In this document: in pieces, positions 45,571 to 56,728 of the stretch
Position numbering within the stretch: the first letter of the stretch is position 1
How the letters are laid out: every line of letters begins with the position of its first letter
Assembly (NCBI GenBank): GCA_963770745.1
Contig: CAVYRA010000001.1
Location: 24,832-88,831, forward strand
Length of the DNA: 64,000 nucleotides
DNA from: an uncultured Rikenellaceae bacterium
Lineage (GTDB): Bacteria > Bacteroidota > Bacteroidia > Bacteroidales > VadinHA17
Direction of reading: 5' to 3'
The notes under the pieces: generated by a model
Databases searched by the model: none
Told to the model about the DNA's origin: nothing
The model's input: only the letters and a program-made list of their open reading frames with translations
Position numbers and translations under genes: made by a program

Positions 45571-48500
45571 TTACAGATATATATCAACCCTGTTTTCCCC
45601 TTTTTCGGGCATCGCAAGGAAAACTCCCGTCTCCAGCACCGCTCCGCCCATGCGATATGGATTTACCTCCTCACCAGCCGGGGTCTCAATGCCGTTGATC
45701 ACAATACGTTTCGGACCGTAATTGCCTTCCCTGACATGGTAGATCAGTGTAACGGTCCTGTCCAATACTTCCATTCTAGCTTTGAATCCGTCGAGTGAAT
45801 ATGGCATTACCGGATCAATTATCACATTCCCCAATTCAATTCTCACGCCAAGAAGTCGGGTCACGATGATGCCGATGTATATTCCCGGCCCGCTTGAATA
45901 AACCCGCCATCCTCCCCTGAGGGTTATGGCGCCGGTCTTTATTTCAGAGTACAGCCTGTCAGCCTCATAACGGTTCATGAAGATTATATCAGAGCTGCTG
46001 TAATAGGTGTTTGATTGCCTGATATCACCGCAGGGGACTGCTTCCCTGTAGCCTGCAGGAATTGCCAGGCGCAGGGCTTTGAGGAAAGCCTCAGCCTGCC
46101 CTGTACTGGCAAGGGCCTCTGCATAACGGATATGTTCATGCACATACATGAGTCCGATCTCGCGTCCGAAATATGTGCTGCTCTCTGCTCTCTGAAAAAG
46201 CATCTGAATGCCGCCGCTGTACTTCAGCGGACGGTCCATCAGGCGGGCACCGTCAGGACCGGTGAGGTGCTCTTCAATAAGTGCCTGATGCATGCGCGCC
46301 TGCTCTGCAGTGAAAATCCCGCTCAGGATGCCCCTGTTCATGGGCAGGATGCTGTACTTAATGCCTGTTCTCTCATCAGTCGGGTGAAGCAGCAGGCTGA
46401 ATCTGCCGTTACCCTCTGCAAGCACGTATCCCGCAACCACTCCGTCTTTAACCAGGTATGTGTTGAAATCTGATTTTATCCGCTCACACAGGATATTTAA
46501 CTCCCGTGCTTTAACCTCATCACCCATCATCAGACACACTTCGGCGTAATCCCTGAAGGCCTGGTAATTCATCTCCACCGTCCAGCCCGATATCATTCTC
46601 CTGGCAAGGTTCTTATTAACCGGTTGAAGGGAATCATTCCAGTCTCCTCCGCCATACTGCACAAGGGAAGTGCCGGGGGAAAACGATTTAGTCACCTTTT
46701 TAACCAATCGGTTAAGATGTTCACCGAGTGATTTTTTGAGAGGATGCGATGATTTTCTCTTATTATAAAATGGGAGTATCTCATGTATGAAATCAATATC
46801 TCCTGTCACCCTTATGTAATAGCATAACGCAATAAGGCACCAGTAGACTATATCACCGTGAGCACTGTTTGCCCTTATCTCCCGGTAGCTGTCGAACATC
46901 CACCACTGAGGCCACCCTCCGTCACGATTCTGGTTTGAGAAAATAATACGCAGTACCTGCTTCGCCTCAGCATACTTTTGCATTGCAAGGAGGAGTTCAA
47001 CAGGTCCCTGTGCCACATCGCGCGTTCCCCATGCAGCCCCGCTGAACTGTTCCAGCCCGTAGGGTGTGAGATAATGAGTAAGGGCATTCATGCCATACCA
47101 TGGCAAGATCTCCCGTATTGCAGCAATGTCAGCCTGCTCTCCCTCAAGTGACAGCCCCTGGCTAAGATCGATCCACCTCGCCCGGGCATCAAGGGAGTCA
47201 GCCAACCACTGGGTTTCAGAATCATTAAAGTCAACTGCCTCTTCCTCACCGCAAACCTCACCCGTTATGCTTATGTGAAAACCTTTGGTCTTCGATAGGT
47301 CAAGTATAAAAAGACTGTCTCCCTGGGTTTTATTACTGCTGCTGAGTATCTCATCACCCCAAACCCGGTATCCGGCCCCTGTTGTCCGTAGCGTTATCCG
47401 GAATCGGGCTCCCGGAAACCTTTCTGCTATCATGCTTTCCGGATCAGGAATGGCAAAATGGTTACCTTCAGCATCTCCCGGCACCAACCTCCAGCCGTTG
47501 AGGTCCTCAAAATCGTGAGTGACCAGCAGTCTTACCCCTTCACCGTTCAGTACCCTGAAATCCATGTTCACACGGGGTGAATTCATGGAGGTCCAGGTTC
47601 TCACCTGAAACCAATTAACGCCCTGTTTGTAAATCCACCGGCAGCTGTTAAGCCCAGTCTCAAATGCTGAAGGAACGCCCAGGAGCCTGAATTTACCGTC
47701 GATTTCTACGAAGATCCGTTGCCCGGTCTCAGGTGAAAGGTTAAACTGGCTGTTGCAGACAGAGAGTAAAGTGTTAAAGTTGGTGTTGCCCTGAGTTAGA
47801 TGCGAGTTGAATACTCCAAATGCAAATGCCGTAGTTGACATGATCCTCTCATCAGGTGTAAATCCGGCTGCAGCCTGCATTATATGGCCGTGAGGCCGGT
47901 CTGCCAGGCTCTCTTTTTCACGCAGCATAATGTAATTGTTATCTCCGCTGAAAAATGAGATCAGTTTCCCCCCGTATATTTCAATGTGACGTTTCTCACT
48001 TCCGAAAAATCTGTCAAGATCTGCCTCATTAAGCTCCTCAGCCTGTAAAAAATCAGGGTGATTGAACAGGTTTGTTACCGGTTTCATCCAGTCACCCGTA
48101 TCCTCAGTCACATTCTGACGCGCAAATTCACGTAAAAGGCCGGGTAGCCTGTCGAGGTCGGACAGGGAGGTCGCCGTACGATGGTTGCGCAGAAACTTTG
48201 CCACAAAGGCGCTCCTGTGCCTCGCTCCGGCAGGCAGCTCAAACGCCGCCTCCTGGAGGGCAACGACAGAAGATTCCCCGGCATACTCCCCTCCCAGCCT
48301 GTCTGATAAAACTCCTTCCGGGATGCCTGCCTGGCGGTAAGTCCGTCCGTAGAACTGCATTCCGTCAGTGCTTGCGGCGACAGCACCGTTAACACATGCG
48401 ATAATAACCCATGGGTGGCCACCGGCTTCCTTCATGTTCTGACGACAGCATATGACTGAGCCGTACTCAGGGTCTTCAAGGATCCTCCGCTCCAGGTACT

Positions 48501-48918
48501 GGCTCACATAATATTCATTTACCGGTCCGGCTCCGGATACTCTGAGGCCAATGTCCTGAACATAGATAAGATCAAGCATCTGGCCTTCACCTGAGTTATT
48601 CAGAATATCCACACTCCATTTCCAGCTCAGGCTCTTTGCAGACAATTGAAGGAGACATTCGTATTCAAGTCCATCCCAGCTGCCGACGACCCTGAAATGA
48701 TTATTCCCGGCACGAAACCTGGTGTCACTGCCCGGACCCATCAGGGGCCGGTACTCAATCTGCCCTCCTCTTTTCCTCAGCCAGATATTTGCAGAGCCTC
48801 CTGAATAGACCGAAGATGTCCTGAGGCTTATCTTTACAGGATCAGCATCAAATGCACTTACCAGACCGTTATTCAGAAAGCCGGCTGACAGCCCGATGGA
48901 GTTACTTATTTTCATCAA
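45571..48918 (-). CDS. GH94 phosphorylase, 1,2-beta-oligoglucan phosphorylase-like
   Basis: 1115 aa, no signal peptide. HYLTPYGLEQFSGAAWGTRDVAQGP, GDWNDSLQP, FGREIGLMYVH and GWRVYSSGPG are as in SOGP-type GH94 enzymes. Confidence 0.85.
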   Translation of the reverse strand: MMKISNSIGLSAGFLNNGLVSAFDADPVKISLRTSSVYSGGSANIWLRKRGGQIEYRPLMGPGSDTRFRAGNNHFRVVGSWDGLEYECLLQLSAKSLSWKWSVDILNNSGEGQMLDLIYVQDIGLRVSGAGPVNEYYVSQYLERRILEDPEYGSVICCRQNMKEAGGHPWVIIACVNGAVAASTDGMQFYGRTYRQAGIPEGVLSDRLGGEYAGESSVVALQEAAFELPAGARHRSAFVAKFLRNHRTATSLSDLDRLPGLLREFARQNVTEDTGDWMKPVTNLFNHPDFLQAEELNEADLDRFFGSEKRHIEIYGGKLISFFSGDNNYIMLREKESLADRPHGHIMQAAAGFTPDERIMSTTAFAFGVFNSHLTQGNTNFNTLLSVCNSQFNLSPETGQRIFVEIDGKFRLLGVPSAFETGLNSCRWIYKQGVNWFQVRTWTSMNSPRVNMDFRVLNGEGVRLLVTHDFEDLNGWRLVPGDAEGNHFAIPDPESMIAERFPGARFRITLRTTGAGYRVWGDEILSSSNKTQGDSLFILDLSKTKGFHISITGEVCGEEEAVDFNDSETQWLADSLDARARWIDLSQGLSLEGEQADIAAIREILPWYGMNALTHYLTPYGLEQFSGAAWGTRDVAQGPVELLLAMQKYAEAKQVLRIIFSNQNRDGGWPQWWMFDSYREIRANSAHGDIVYWCLIALCYYIRVTGDIDFIHEILPFYNKRKSSHPLKKSLGEHLNRLVKKVTKSFSPGTSLVQYGGGDWNDSLQPVNKNLARRMISGWTVEMNYQAFRDYAEVCLMMGDEVKARELNILCERIKSDFNTYLVKDGVVAGYVLAEGNGRFSLLLHPTDERTGIKYSILPMNRGILSGIFTAEQARMHQALIEEHLTGPDGARLMDRPLKYSGGIQMLFQRAESSTYFGREIGLMYVHEHIRYAEALASTGQAEAFLKALRLAIPAGYREAVPCGDIRQSNTYYSSSDIIFMNRYEADRLYSEIKTGAITLRGGWRVYSSGPGIYIGIIVTRLLGVRIELGNVIIDPVMPYSLDGFKARMEVLDRTVTLIYHVREGNYGPKRIVINGIETPAGEEVNPYRMGGAVLETGVFLAMPEKGENRVDIYL

Positions 48919-51344
48919 CTGATCCTGATTTTTAGAACCATTTCTTTCTTGTGTTTATGCCTGTATGTCAACGCAATACGATCACCGACCCGGATAAGGC
49001 TGACCCGGGTGCCCCCAATTTCGGCAGACCTGATCTTAACTGCACTGTGACCTTCGAATACCGTTTCACCTTTAAGGTCTCGATCGCCGCAGACCGTCAG
49101 GCACAATTCACCATCCTTCATCTCGTGGCCCAGTATATCTGAAGTAGAGTGAAGGATATGCAGTCCTTTGGAAATTTCCAGGCAAACCGGGGTCAGCACG
49201 CTGTACAAAGCAGGCCAGGTGATCGGTTTACCGGAGAGCGGCAGGTTCACAGCTTCCCCTGATTTCGGGTGAGTGTAGGTGATCATGCCGCTTCGCTCCT
49301 CATTATAATAATTTGCCACAAAAAGCAAGGCCTTACCGTCTCCGGCAAACCGTTCCCTGACTGTCAGATAATCATTATCTGACGATGCCTGTCTCAGCTC
49401 TGCACCGGATCTTTTCACGATAGCTTCATATACCGGCTTGTGCGCCTCTGTGTCGAACCCGATCCAGGTGCCGATGTATGTAACAATTCCTTTCCCTGCG
49501 TTCCTCGTGAATCCGCACGGAGTGCCGTTAATGGTCCGTGCAATTATATCAGCACCGGCCAGTGACTTCTCTGCAAAGGTCATAATCGGATTGCTGCACT
49601 TGATGTCACGGTAACCAAGGATATCTATGAGCGGTGAATCAATGATCTCGCTACCTGACGGTGACAGGTTCAGCGCATCACGCAGCACCGTGCACTTTTT
49701 ATGAGACAGCTCACGGTCAGGCATATACGGGTATATGACGGCATTTCCGCCGCCGGTGATGTAATCGGCTATTGTCTGCTGCGCCGGGGCATCCATCTCA
49801 TCGGTAACGAAGGCCCATACCTGTTTGTAGCGGCTTAATGATTCTGCCGTGGCCCTGTTCAGGTCAGCCATGTCATAGTCAATGTTGAGAACCTGCAACA
49901 CCCTCAGCAACCCGTCAAAGTAAGCCGGTCTGCGTATGGCAGAGGGAACAAACCTGAGGCCGCTCGCGCCGGAAGGCCGCTCAAGTTCAGTGGCATAGGC
50001 GGGCGGGTAAAAGAGTACGCATACCTCTGCTCTTCGCTGCGCCTCAACAATTATGTCTCCTGACACTTTCAGCATCCGGCTCATTCTTTCCACCGAAGCG
50101 AATGCACTTGTTCGCTCACCTTCTGCAGTCAGGGGTGTGAACCAGTAAAATGTTTTTCCTGAATAGCCCTTCCTCTCTGCATTCCGTCCCTGTGAGAACA
50201 TATAATAGTTCCATCCCGTCAGGCCGTTGGCAATGCTTGCCTTATAAAACAACTCCATCTCGCGGGGGTTCGTCACAACGTGATATTCACGTGATCCGCT
50301 CTGGAACTCGGCGGCAAAAAGGGGCCCCCTTCCCTGCATCGCGCCTGTAATGTCATTGACAATACGGTCGTCATGCATGTTGCGGTATGATACGAATTCA
50401 GGAATATGATCGATTCCGAAGATTATCTCACTCTTCTCATTGAAGAGATCCTCATACATGGTGTTATTTACCGGGAACTCGTATCCGCTGCCGTAGATCC
50501 ATCCGGGAAGATTGTGGTAGAGGGGAACCGTAACGCCTCTCTCCCTGGCCATGCCTGTCAGCAGTCTCAGGTAGTCACCGTAGTATCTTCTCCAGAATGA
50601 GTGCCATTCATTGTCGCGTCCCCGGTCTCCGGCTGAAGCATACGGTGCCTGACCGTCGGGCGGGAGCTGAATAAGGTCAAAGCCGGTGTAATCTGTTCCC
50701 CATAGCTTATTCACCTCATCGATGCTTCCGAACCTCTCCTTCAGCCACGAGATGAACCTTTCTCTGACGTCGTTGCCATAGTCTGCCTGTCTGGCCAGCC
50801 ATGAGAAGACTCCTATCTCATTGCATATCTGCATCATTATTACAGGTCCGCCGGATGAGGCTTCATTCCGCCGGATCAGAGGCATTATCATGTCATACCA
50901 CAGCCCCACCTTTTCAAGGTACTTTTTATTGAAGAGGCTGACACCGTCGCTCATGACCATGCCGCCACTGCGGTTACGCATACGGACCTCCTCTCCGTAC
51001 TTTTCAACGAACCAGTCAGGCAGGCCGGCTCCCCTGAATTCGGCAAGGATAAAGGGACCCGGCTTTACGATGCAGTGCAGACCATGATCCTGGCAACTGC
51101 GGAGCCATCCTTCAAGGTCCTTCTCAGGGCATGTTGAACCGTCAAAGTCGAACAGGCCCTCCTCTTCCTCATGCCAGGCCCAGGGGATATATGTACTGAC
51201 CGCAGTAAGCCCCGCTTTCACGGCCTCACCAAGGTGCATGTCCCACAGTCCGCGACTGATCCTGAAATAATGTATCTCCCCCGAATTGAGAAATACCTTT
51301 TTATCATCCTGAATGAAATTACGTCCCTGTATGCCAAATACCAT
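48915..51344 (-). CDS. GH35/GH42-like clan GH-A enzyme, candidate beta-1,2-glucosyltransferase
   Basis: SGEIHYFR, YIPWAWHE, KPGPFILAE, acid/base QICNE, nucleophile-like AAEFQSG and a trimerisation-like domain; no signal peptide. The activity is inferred from gene context. Confidence 0.75.
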   Translation of the reverse strand: MVFGIQGRNFIQDDKKVFLNSGEIHYFRISRGLWDMHLGEAVKAGLTAVSTYIPWAWHEEEEGLFDFDGSTCPEKDLEGWLRSCQDHGLHCIVKPGPFILAEFRGAGLPDWFVEKYGEEVRMRNRSGGMVMSDGVSLFNKKYLEKVGLWYDMIMPLIRRNEASSGGPVIMMQICNEIGVFSWLARQADYGNDVRERFISWLKERFGSIDEVNKLWGTDYTGFDLIQLPPDGQAPYASAGDRGRDNEWHSFWRRYYGDYLRLLTGMARERGVTVPLYHNLPGWIYGSGYEFPVNNTMYEDLFNEKSEIIFGIDHIPEFVSYRNMHDDRIVNDITGAMQGRGPLFAAEFQSGSREYHVVTNPREMELFYKASIANGLTGWNYYMFSQGRNAERKGYSGKTFYWFTPLTAEGERTSAFASVERMSRMLKVSGDIIVEAQRRAEVCVLFYPPAYATELERPSGASGLRFVPSAIRRPAYFDGLLRVLQVLNIDYDMADLNRATAESLSRYKQVWAFVTDEMDAPAQQTIADYITGGGNAVIYPYMPDRELSHKKCTVLRDALNLSPSGSEIIDSPLIDILGYRDIKCSNPIMTFAEKSLAGADIIARTINGTPCGFTRNAGKGIVTYIGTWIGFDTEAHKPVYEAIVKRSGAELRQASSDNDYLTVRERFAGDGKALLFVANYYNEERSGMITYTHPKSGEAVNLPLSGKPITWPALYSVLTPVCLEISKGLHILHSTSDILGHEMKDGELCLTVCGDRDLKGETVFEGHSAVKIRSAEIGGTRVSLIRVGDRIALTYRHKHKKEMVLKIRIS

Positions 51345-51443
51345 AAATTCAATTATTTTGTTAACCTGTTGTTCTTCCGGCTGCTATTGATGTTCCGTCT
51401 CAGACTGCCCTGCTATGTTCCTCCCGGACTGCCCTGTGCCGTT

Positions 51444-53485
51444 TTAATTGTCCCTGTTCCTCTGCCGCAGAAGCTCCTTTATCTCAAATGTCCTTTTCTC
51501 TGTCAGCGTGTACCGTACAGCGAAGAACAGTGCCAGCAGGCTTAAGAGCAGTCGGCAGGCCGATCTCCACAATCCTCATCATCAGCAGGGTATAAGGCGA
51601 CTGCTTTTTCAGCGGTTCTATGTCCTTTTCAATCGCGGCCAGCTCATTGTAAAGAATATCCGGTGCCGAACCGGGGTTCAGGGCATTGACCCTGTCATTG
51701 ATGGCGGAGATTTTCTGAGTCAGCTGTGTCGTATGCTCCCTGCTTTTCTCGTGCTGTTTTGTCCTGGCCTGGAGGTGTGCCAGCAGGTCGAATGAATAGG
51801 TCCTCGCCTTCAGCAGTTTCGACTGCATTATGAGAGGAACCGCTGCCCTGATGAGCGAATCCGTCTGCGCCGGTGATGCCTGGGCCAGGGCAACATTCAT
51901 GGATTCGATTTCACTTATCAGGGACTTTGAAGCCGTGGAAGCATTAATAAATACATTCCTTCTGCGGGCGTCATTCTCAGCGTATCCGCTTCTTTTCTTC
52001 TCAGGCTTTTTTGACACCTCATTATCAAGATAAAGCAGGTAGTCTTTTGACTCCTTCAGGGCCTCTGATGTCTGCGCGCCGGCATTCCTTGCCCAGTTCA
52101 GCACCTGCACCTGCACCATCATACTCTTTCCAGTACCCGATCTTGCTCTCCATATCACGCACGCTTCCCTGGAGGCTGTCAACTTTGGTTACCTGTGTCT
52201 GATCGAAGAGTGTCAGCGTTATCAGGATTCCTGCCACAAAACTGGCAAAGGCAGTGCCCAGCTTGATGAACCACCAGAAGATTGAATAATAGCTCCCTTC
52301 CGCCCTGCGACCGGTCTTCAGCTCGTCTTCATCACAAATATCTCCTACCATCGATGAGCCGAGGGTAAAGAAGAACAGCATTCCCGCAGACAGCATGATT
52401 GTCGGGATAAGGACCAGGTACGGATGTTCCGGGTTATAACAGACGATCTTTGAAAGCTGTGCAACGCACATCAGCACCATGGCAATTATGAGAGTATTCC
52501 GTTTCCCGAGTTTCGGGCTTATCCAGTTCAGCGGAAAGACTGCCAGCACCCCGGTGATTGCCCAGACGGTCCCGTTGATGCCCAGCAGCCTGGCACCTAA
52601 GATCTTATCGCCTCCGTAAATATAAAAGATAGGTATGTACGATCCGAGCAGGTTGACAAAGTTAAAGCCCATTGCCAGTGTAAAAATGGTCATCACCAGG
52701 TAGATGAAATTCTTGTTGGTGCCCACTATCTTCATGTCATTCCAGAAATGGGTCTTTTCCTGTTTTGCGACCTTCACAAATGCGGGCTCCCTCAGTTTGG
52801 CGGTCCACCAGAATGAGAGGGGAATAATCACGGCCGCTATTAGAAGGGATACATATCTCATTCCGTCAGCCTCATTCCCTCCGGGCCCCTTGAAGGCCTC
52901 GGTATTGGCCAGGGCAAAGAGCCACGGGGTGCTCATGGCGAAGAGGTTGCCTATGAAACTCTTGCCACTGAAAAGACGGGTACGTTCATGAGGGTCGGTT
53001 GTCATCTCCATACCCAGGGCACCGTGAGGGATCTCGAAGACGGTGGTGGCTGTGAAGAACAGGAGCAGGCCAAACAGGATGTACACAAGCTGGAACCGCT
53101 GAAAACCCGCATCACTTGGGAACATGGCATGGACTGCATCGCCCTTGGGTATCCACCACATGACAACAAAGAAGACCGCTACAGCTATGCCGCCTATAAG
53201 GAGATAGGGCCTCCTGCGGCCCAGCCGGCTCCGGGTGTTGTCAGAGAGATGGCCTACAATCGGATCGGAGAAGGCATCCCATAACCTCGGGATAATCATG
53301 ATGAGCCCCAGCCAGAAGGCACTCAGACCCAGGCTTATATTTCCCATCAGGCCAACCAGCTGCCCGGCAATGTTAAAGAGGGCGATGGGTATGATGCCTC
53401 CGGCAGAATAGGCTGCAAGCTGACCAATCGTGATCCGGTCATTCTGCCGGGAAGACTTAACTGTGCTTTTATCTGCTATACTCAT
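51444..53485 (-). CDS. MFS/GPH-family sugar transporter with a large insertion before the last TM; split by two 1-bp insertions
   Basis: PRLWDAFSDP, SDNTRSRLGRRRP and DEDELKTGRRAEG. Removing one base near 52093 and one near 51552 joins ORFs 52025-53485 and 51484-52182 to a final TM segment (GLPLLLSLLALFFAVRY) ending TAA at 51444. Confidence 0.8.
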
Positions 53486-53505
53486 ACAGGTACTTTTTTC
53501 AGCAG

Positions 53506-56500
53506 TTAATAATTAATCACCAGGTCAGCGGGAACCTCCCTGACCGCGATCTCACCATCATTGAAATCCTTTATTTCCTTGCCGTTGACAGTTATTGCCG
53601 ATGGCGTTTTTCCCCCGTTGAAATTTCTTATTCTGATGCCCCCTTCCGGCAGATCGATATCGCCGGTTATTGCAAAGTGGTAACTGTTGCCCTCCTTCTT
53701 AACCGAATAGGATATCTCACCGTAATACGTAGGCAGATTTTCAACGGACATCCCCTCAGGAGCATCAATCCAGTCCTGGTACAGGGCAGAGGCAAGAACA
53801 AGAGTATGATTATATTCGTTTTCGTATACGAACATAGACCGGGCGGCATTGATAAAATCACTTCCGCACCAGGTGTGGGGCATGTCCCCGATAAATCCGG
53901 GATGACGGTAGTCTTTCCACACCACCTCAGCCCAGTGATGCCAGCCCTGCGGACGCTGGTCATCAAGGAAGTATTCAATCAGCTCATGTGCCCTCCCAGG
54001 CTGGTCAAGCATAATGAACGATCCTATCAGGCGGTTTTCATAGGGAGTGTAATTGACCCAGTCTCTCCTGCCATCCCTCCTGTCGAGGAAAAAAGAGTAA
54101 TACTTCTCAAAGGTGTTATAAACCTGCGGAACAGGAAGGTTATGCAGCTCATTGCACGGGGTGAGTGCTATGGTGGTTGATGTCGCATCGAAATCGCCAA
54201 GCTCCACGCAGCCGGGGATATAATCAATGTTCCTGACCTTCATGGCCAGATCGAGGGAGTTGTATAGATTAACACGGAATGTATCCCTGATACCGGCTAT
54301 TCTGTCGTAGTTCGCGGATTCGCCAAGTATCTTCTGTATCTCGGCTGCATCCTTCAGACCCTTGATAGTAAAGAAATTATCCCAGTAGGAGTGCATTGGT
54401 TTGGCTGAGTAGCCTTCATGACTGATTGACTCGGGTACCAGTCCGTAATAGGCACGGATACTGTCACTACCGTCCCGGAAATGATCCGTTGATCTTTCTG
54501 CAACAAGCGACTCTATATAGTCAACTGCCTTCAGTACGTTTTCATTCCTGGATCTAAGGAAAGCGGTGTCGCCGGTGAAATTGAAATACTCACGTATCAG
54601 ATAGATCAGCTCACCGTGGCTGTCGTGCTCAGGCACCGGGTCAGGCCCCCTTGAATCAACCACGCATGGCACCTTGCCGTTCTCAAACTGGTATGACGCA
54701 TACCAGTCTGTAAAATCCCTTACTTCCTCAACAATACCTGATTTGAGCAGTGCCGATGATGTCAGGGCCCCGTCGCGTATCCAGCTCCGTTCATAGGAGC
54801 GTGATCCCGGCTGGATGCCAACCTTGTCCCTGTTGATCAGGATATAGACAAGGTTTGATCTCCATGTATCTATGATCCTGTCAGCCGATGGGGGCAGATT
54901 AAACCGGATGTGATCTGTCCTGGTCCTCCAGAAATCGGCCGCACTGTAGAAGGCGGCCGGAATATCTTTCAAGTCAGTAGTTCCCTCAATCGACTTCCTG
55001 CCATGGTACGGGACTGCAGCAAAGAATTCTGTAGTTTCTCCGGGCTCCAGGTGAATTGAATACTTCACAACGCCGTTTGCCATACCGGCCTTGTCGCTGG
55101 CTGCTTTGTCCGTAGGCATTCTGCCGTGGCGCAGCATGTCAACAAGATTGCCCTCGTCGAACACGGCTGCACCGAAAGAATCATATGCCCTGGTTAAAAG
55201 GATGACCTTATCATCAACCGCGATCCGGCCTCCGGCTTCTTCACTTATGGTGTTAATCCTCCCGCTTCCCCCGATTGTATTAAGGAACTGGTACCAGGGA
55301 TTAACCTGGAACGGGCGCACCAGCAGGTAAAACTCGAAATCGACAGCCCGGTCCGAGAGATTTTCAAATGAGTAACCGATATACAGCAGTGAATTCACAT
55401 TGGCAGTGCCACCTGAAGACACTCCCGTGACAAACTTCAGCCCGCCGTGCTGCCATGTCACAGACGGAACAAACCCGGTCTCACCGGCAGCCCCGTGAAA
55501 AACCGTAGACTGAACCGGAACCGTATTGCTCCAGTTAACCAGCGAATCGCCCAGCTTCAGCATCGGCTCAATGGAAAATAGCGACTTGTCAACCTCAACC
55601 ATTCCCGATTCATTGATCAGGGCCTCCTTTGTGTCATTATTGACACCCGTTACAGTCCAGTATGACGCCTGTTCCGAGAAGTATCCGGGGTAATTTCCTG
55701 CGGGTGAATTTTTGGCACAGTATATCAGGAAGTCATTGGGGGTTTTGGTGCTGCCTACATCCGGGAATTCTATTTCTGTGATGCCGAATGTGCCGTCATC
55801 TGCGGGTCCTGCCATTTCCAGCCTGAGATACCTCGTCTCTGCTTCAGGAAGTCTTATAAAGCTCACCCCTCCTGTGTTGGAAGAGGCGGAGTATGCTTTT
55901 TCCCAGCTTCTGCCGTCATCCGACAGGTAAATCTCAAAGCTCCCTGCCTGATGACCTTCCAGCCACCTGATCTGAACTCCTCCGAACTCCCTTCTCTCCG
56001 TGAAATCAACCGTTATATCTGCACTCTTCGTTTTGCGGCTCTGCCAGAATGTTTCATCAGAGCCGTCAGCCATCATGCCTGGCTGATACTTCCTGGCTGA
56101 TGATGAAGCTGTCACTGCCGGTGCCGGCCAAGAATGCTTTTCAGGCGCGAGGGGTTCAAACCTGAGGTCATCTATCCATAGCGTCCCTCTGCCGCCTACA
56201 AATGATGCGACGGTAAACTCAATCCGGTCAAATCGTTCAGGCTGCCGGCTTTCTGACGGTCCCCAGGCAAACTCAATATGACGCTTTTTTATGCGGATTT
56301 TTTTCCACTCTCCCGGGAAGGAATAGTTGCGGTTATTGACCCACCATACATTATTCCCGGTGCTGTCAATGAACTTTATCTCAAAGTTGTTGGAAGGCGA
56401 CTCGGCCTTCAGCCAGAAGGTAAACTCATAATTTTCAGGGAGCTCCAACGGGAAGAGCTTCTGTATCCCCCCGTAACCCGATCCCTTTGTAAAATCATAG

Positions 56501-56691
56501 TCGATGCGGATTGCATTGCCGGTGACTCCCTTCTCAATGGAGTGGTTCATTGTAACCCCGTCAGACAGATTGTAAGACCATCCGTTTGCGTTTTCAAACT
56601 CATCCAGGGTCCTGACCTGGGCGTTACCGGCAGCAGCGGCAACAGAAAGCAGCAGGAAGATGGCGATTGTTCTGCTGATGTGGTACTCCAT
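53506..56691 (-). CDS. Secreted multidomain glycoside-hydrolase-like protein: CBM-like, F5/8 (CBM32) and six-hairpin (alpha/alpha)6 domains
   Basis: Signal peptide ending GNA-Q, galactose-binding-like N-domain, discoidin (MADGSDETFWQS, LSDDGRSW), ILINRD...QPGSRSYERSWIRDG, PEHDSHGE, SYWDNF and GDMPHTW. Confidence 0.78.
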   Translation of the reverse strand: MEYHISRTIAIFLLLSVAAAAGNAQVRTLDEFENANGWSYNLSDGVTMNHSIEKGVTGNAIRIDYDFTKGSGYGGIQKLFPLELPENYEFTFWLKAESPSNNFEIKFIDSTGNNVWWVNNRNYSFPGEWKKIRIKKRHIEFAWGPSESRQPERFDRIEFTVASFVGGRGTLWIDDLRFEPLAPEKHSWPAPAVTASSSARKYQPGMMADGSDETFWQSRKTKSADITVDFTERREFGGVQIRWLEGHQAGSFEIYLSDDGRSWEKAYSASSNTGGVSFIRLPEAETRYLRLEMAGPADDGTFGITEIEFPDVGSTKTPNDFLIYCAKNSPAGNYPGYFSEQASYWTVTGVNNDTKEALINESGMVEVDKSLFSIEPMLKLGDSLVNWSNTVPVQSTVFHGAAGETGFVPSVTWQHGGLKFVTGVSSGGTANVNSLLYIGYSFENLSDRAVDFEFYLLVRPFQVNPWYQFLNTIGGSGRINTISEEAGGRIAVDDKVILLTRAYDSFGAAVFDEGNLVDMLRHGRMPTDKAASDKAGMANGVVKYSIHLEPGETTEFFAAVPYHGRKSIEGTTDLKDIPAAFYSAADFWRTRTDHIRFNLPPSADRIIDTWRSNLVYILINRDKVGIQPGSRSYERSWIRDGALTSSALLKSGIVEEVRDFTDWYASYQFENGKVPCVVDSRGPDPVPEHDSHGELIYLIREYFNFTGDTAFLRSRNENVLKAVDYIESLVAERSTDHFRDGSDSIRAYYGLVPESISHEGYSAKPMHSYWDNFFTIKGLKDAAEIQKILGESANYDRIAGIRDTFRVNLYNSLDLAMKVRNIDYIPGCVELGDFDATSTTIALTPCNELHNLPVPQVYNTFEKYYSFFLDRRDGRRDWVNYTPYENRLIGSFIMLDQPGRAHELIEYFLDDQRPQGWHHWAEVVWKDYRHPGFIGDMPHTWCGSDFINAARSMFVYENEYNHTLVLASALYQDWIDAPEGMSVENLPTYYGEISYSVKKEGNSYHFAITGDIDLPEGGIRIRNFNGGKTPSAITVNGKEIKDFNDGEIAVREVPADLVINY

Positions 56692-56728
56692 CGGGGATAA
56701 TGGTTTTATTCAGATTTACTTGCCTGTA

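Noticed and set aside
51484-52182. Stand-alone 232-aa hypothetical protein
   Set aside because: It is the frameshifted continuation of the MFS transporter.
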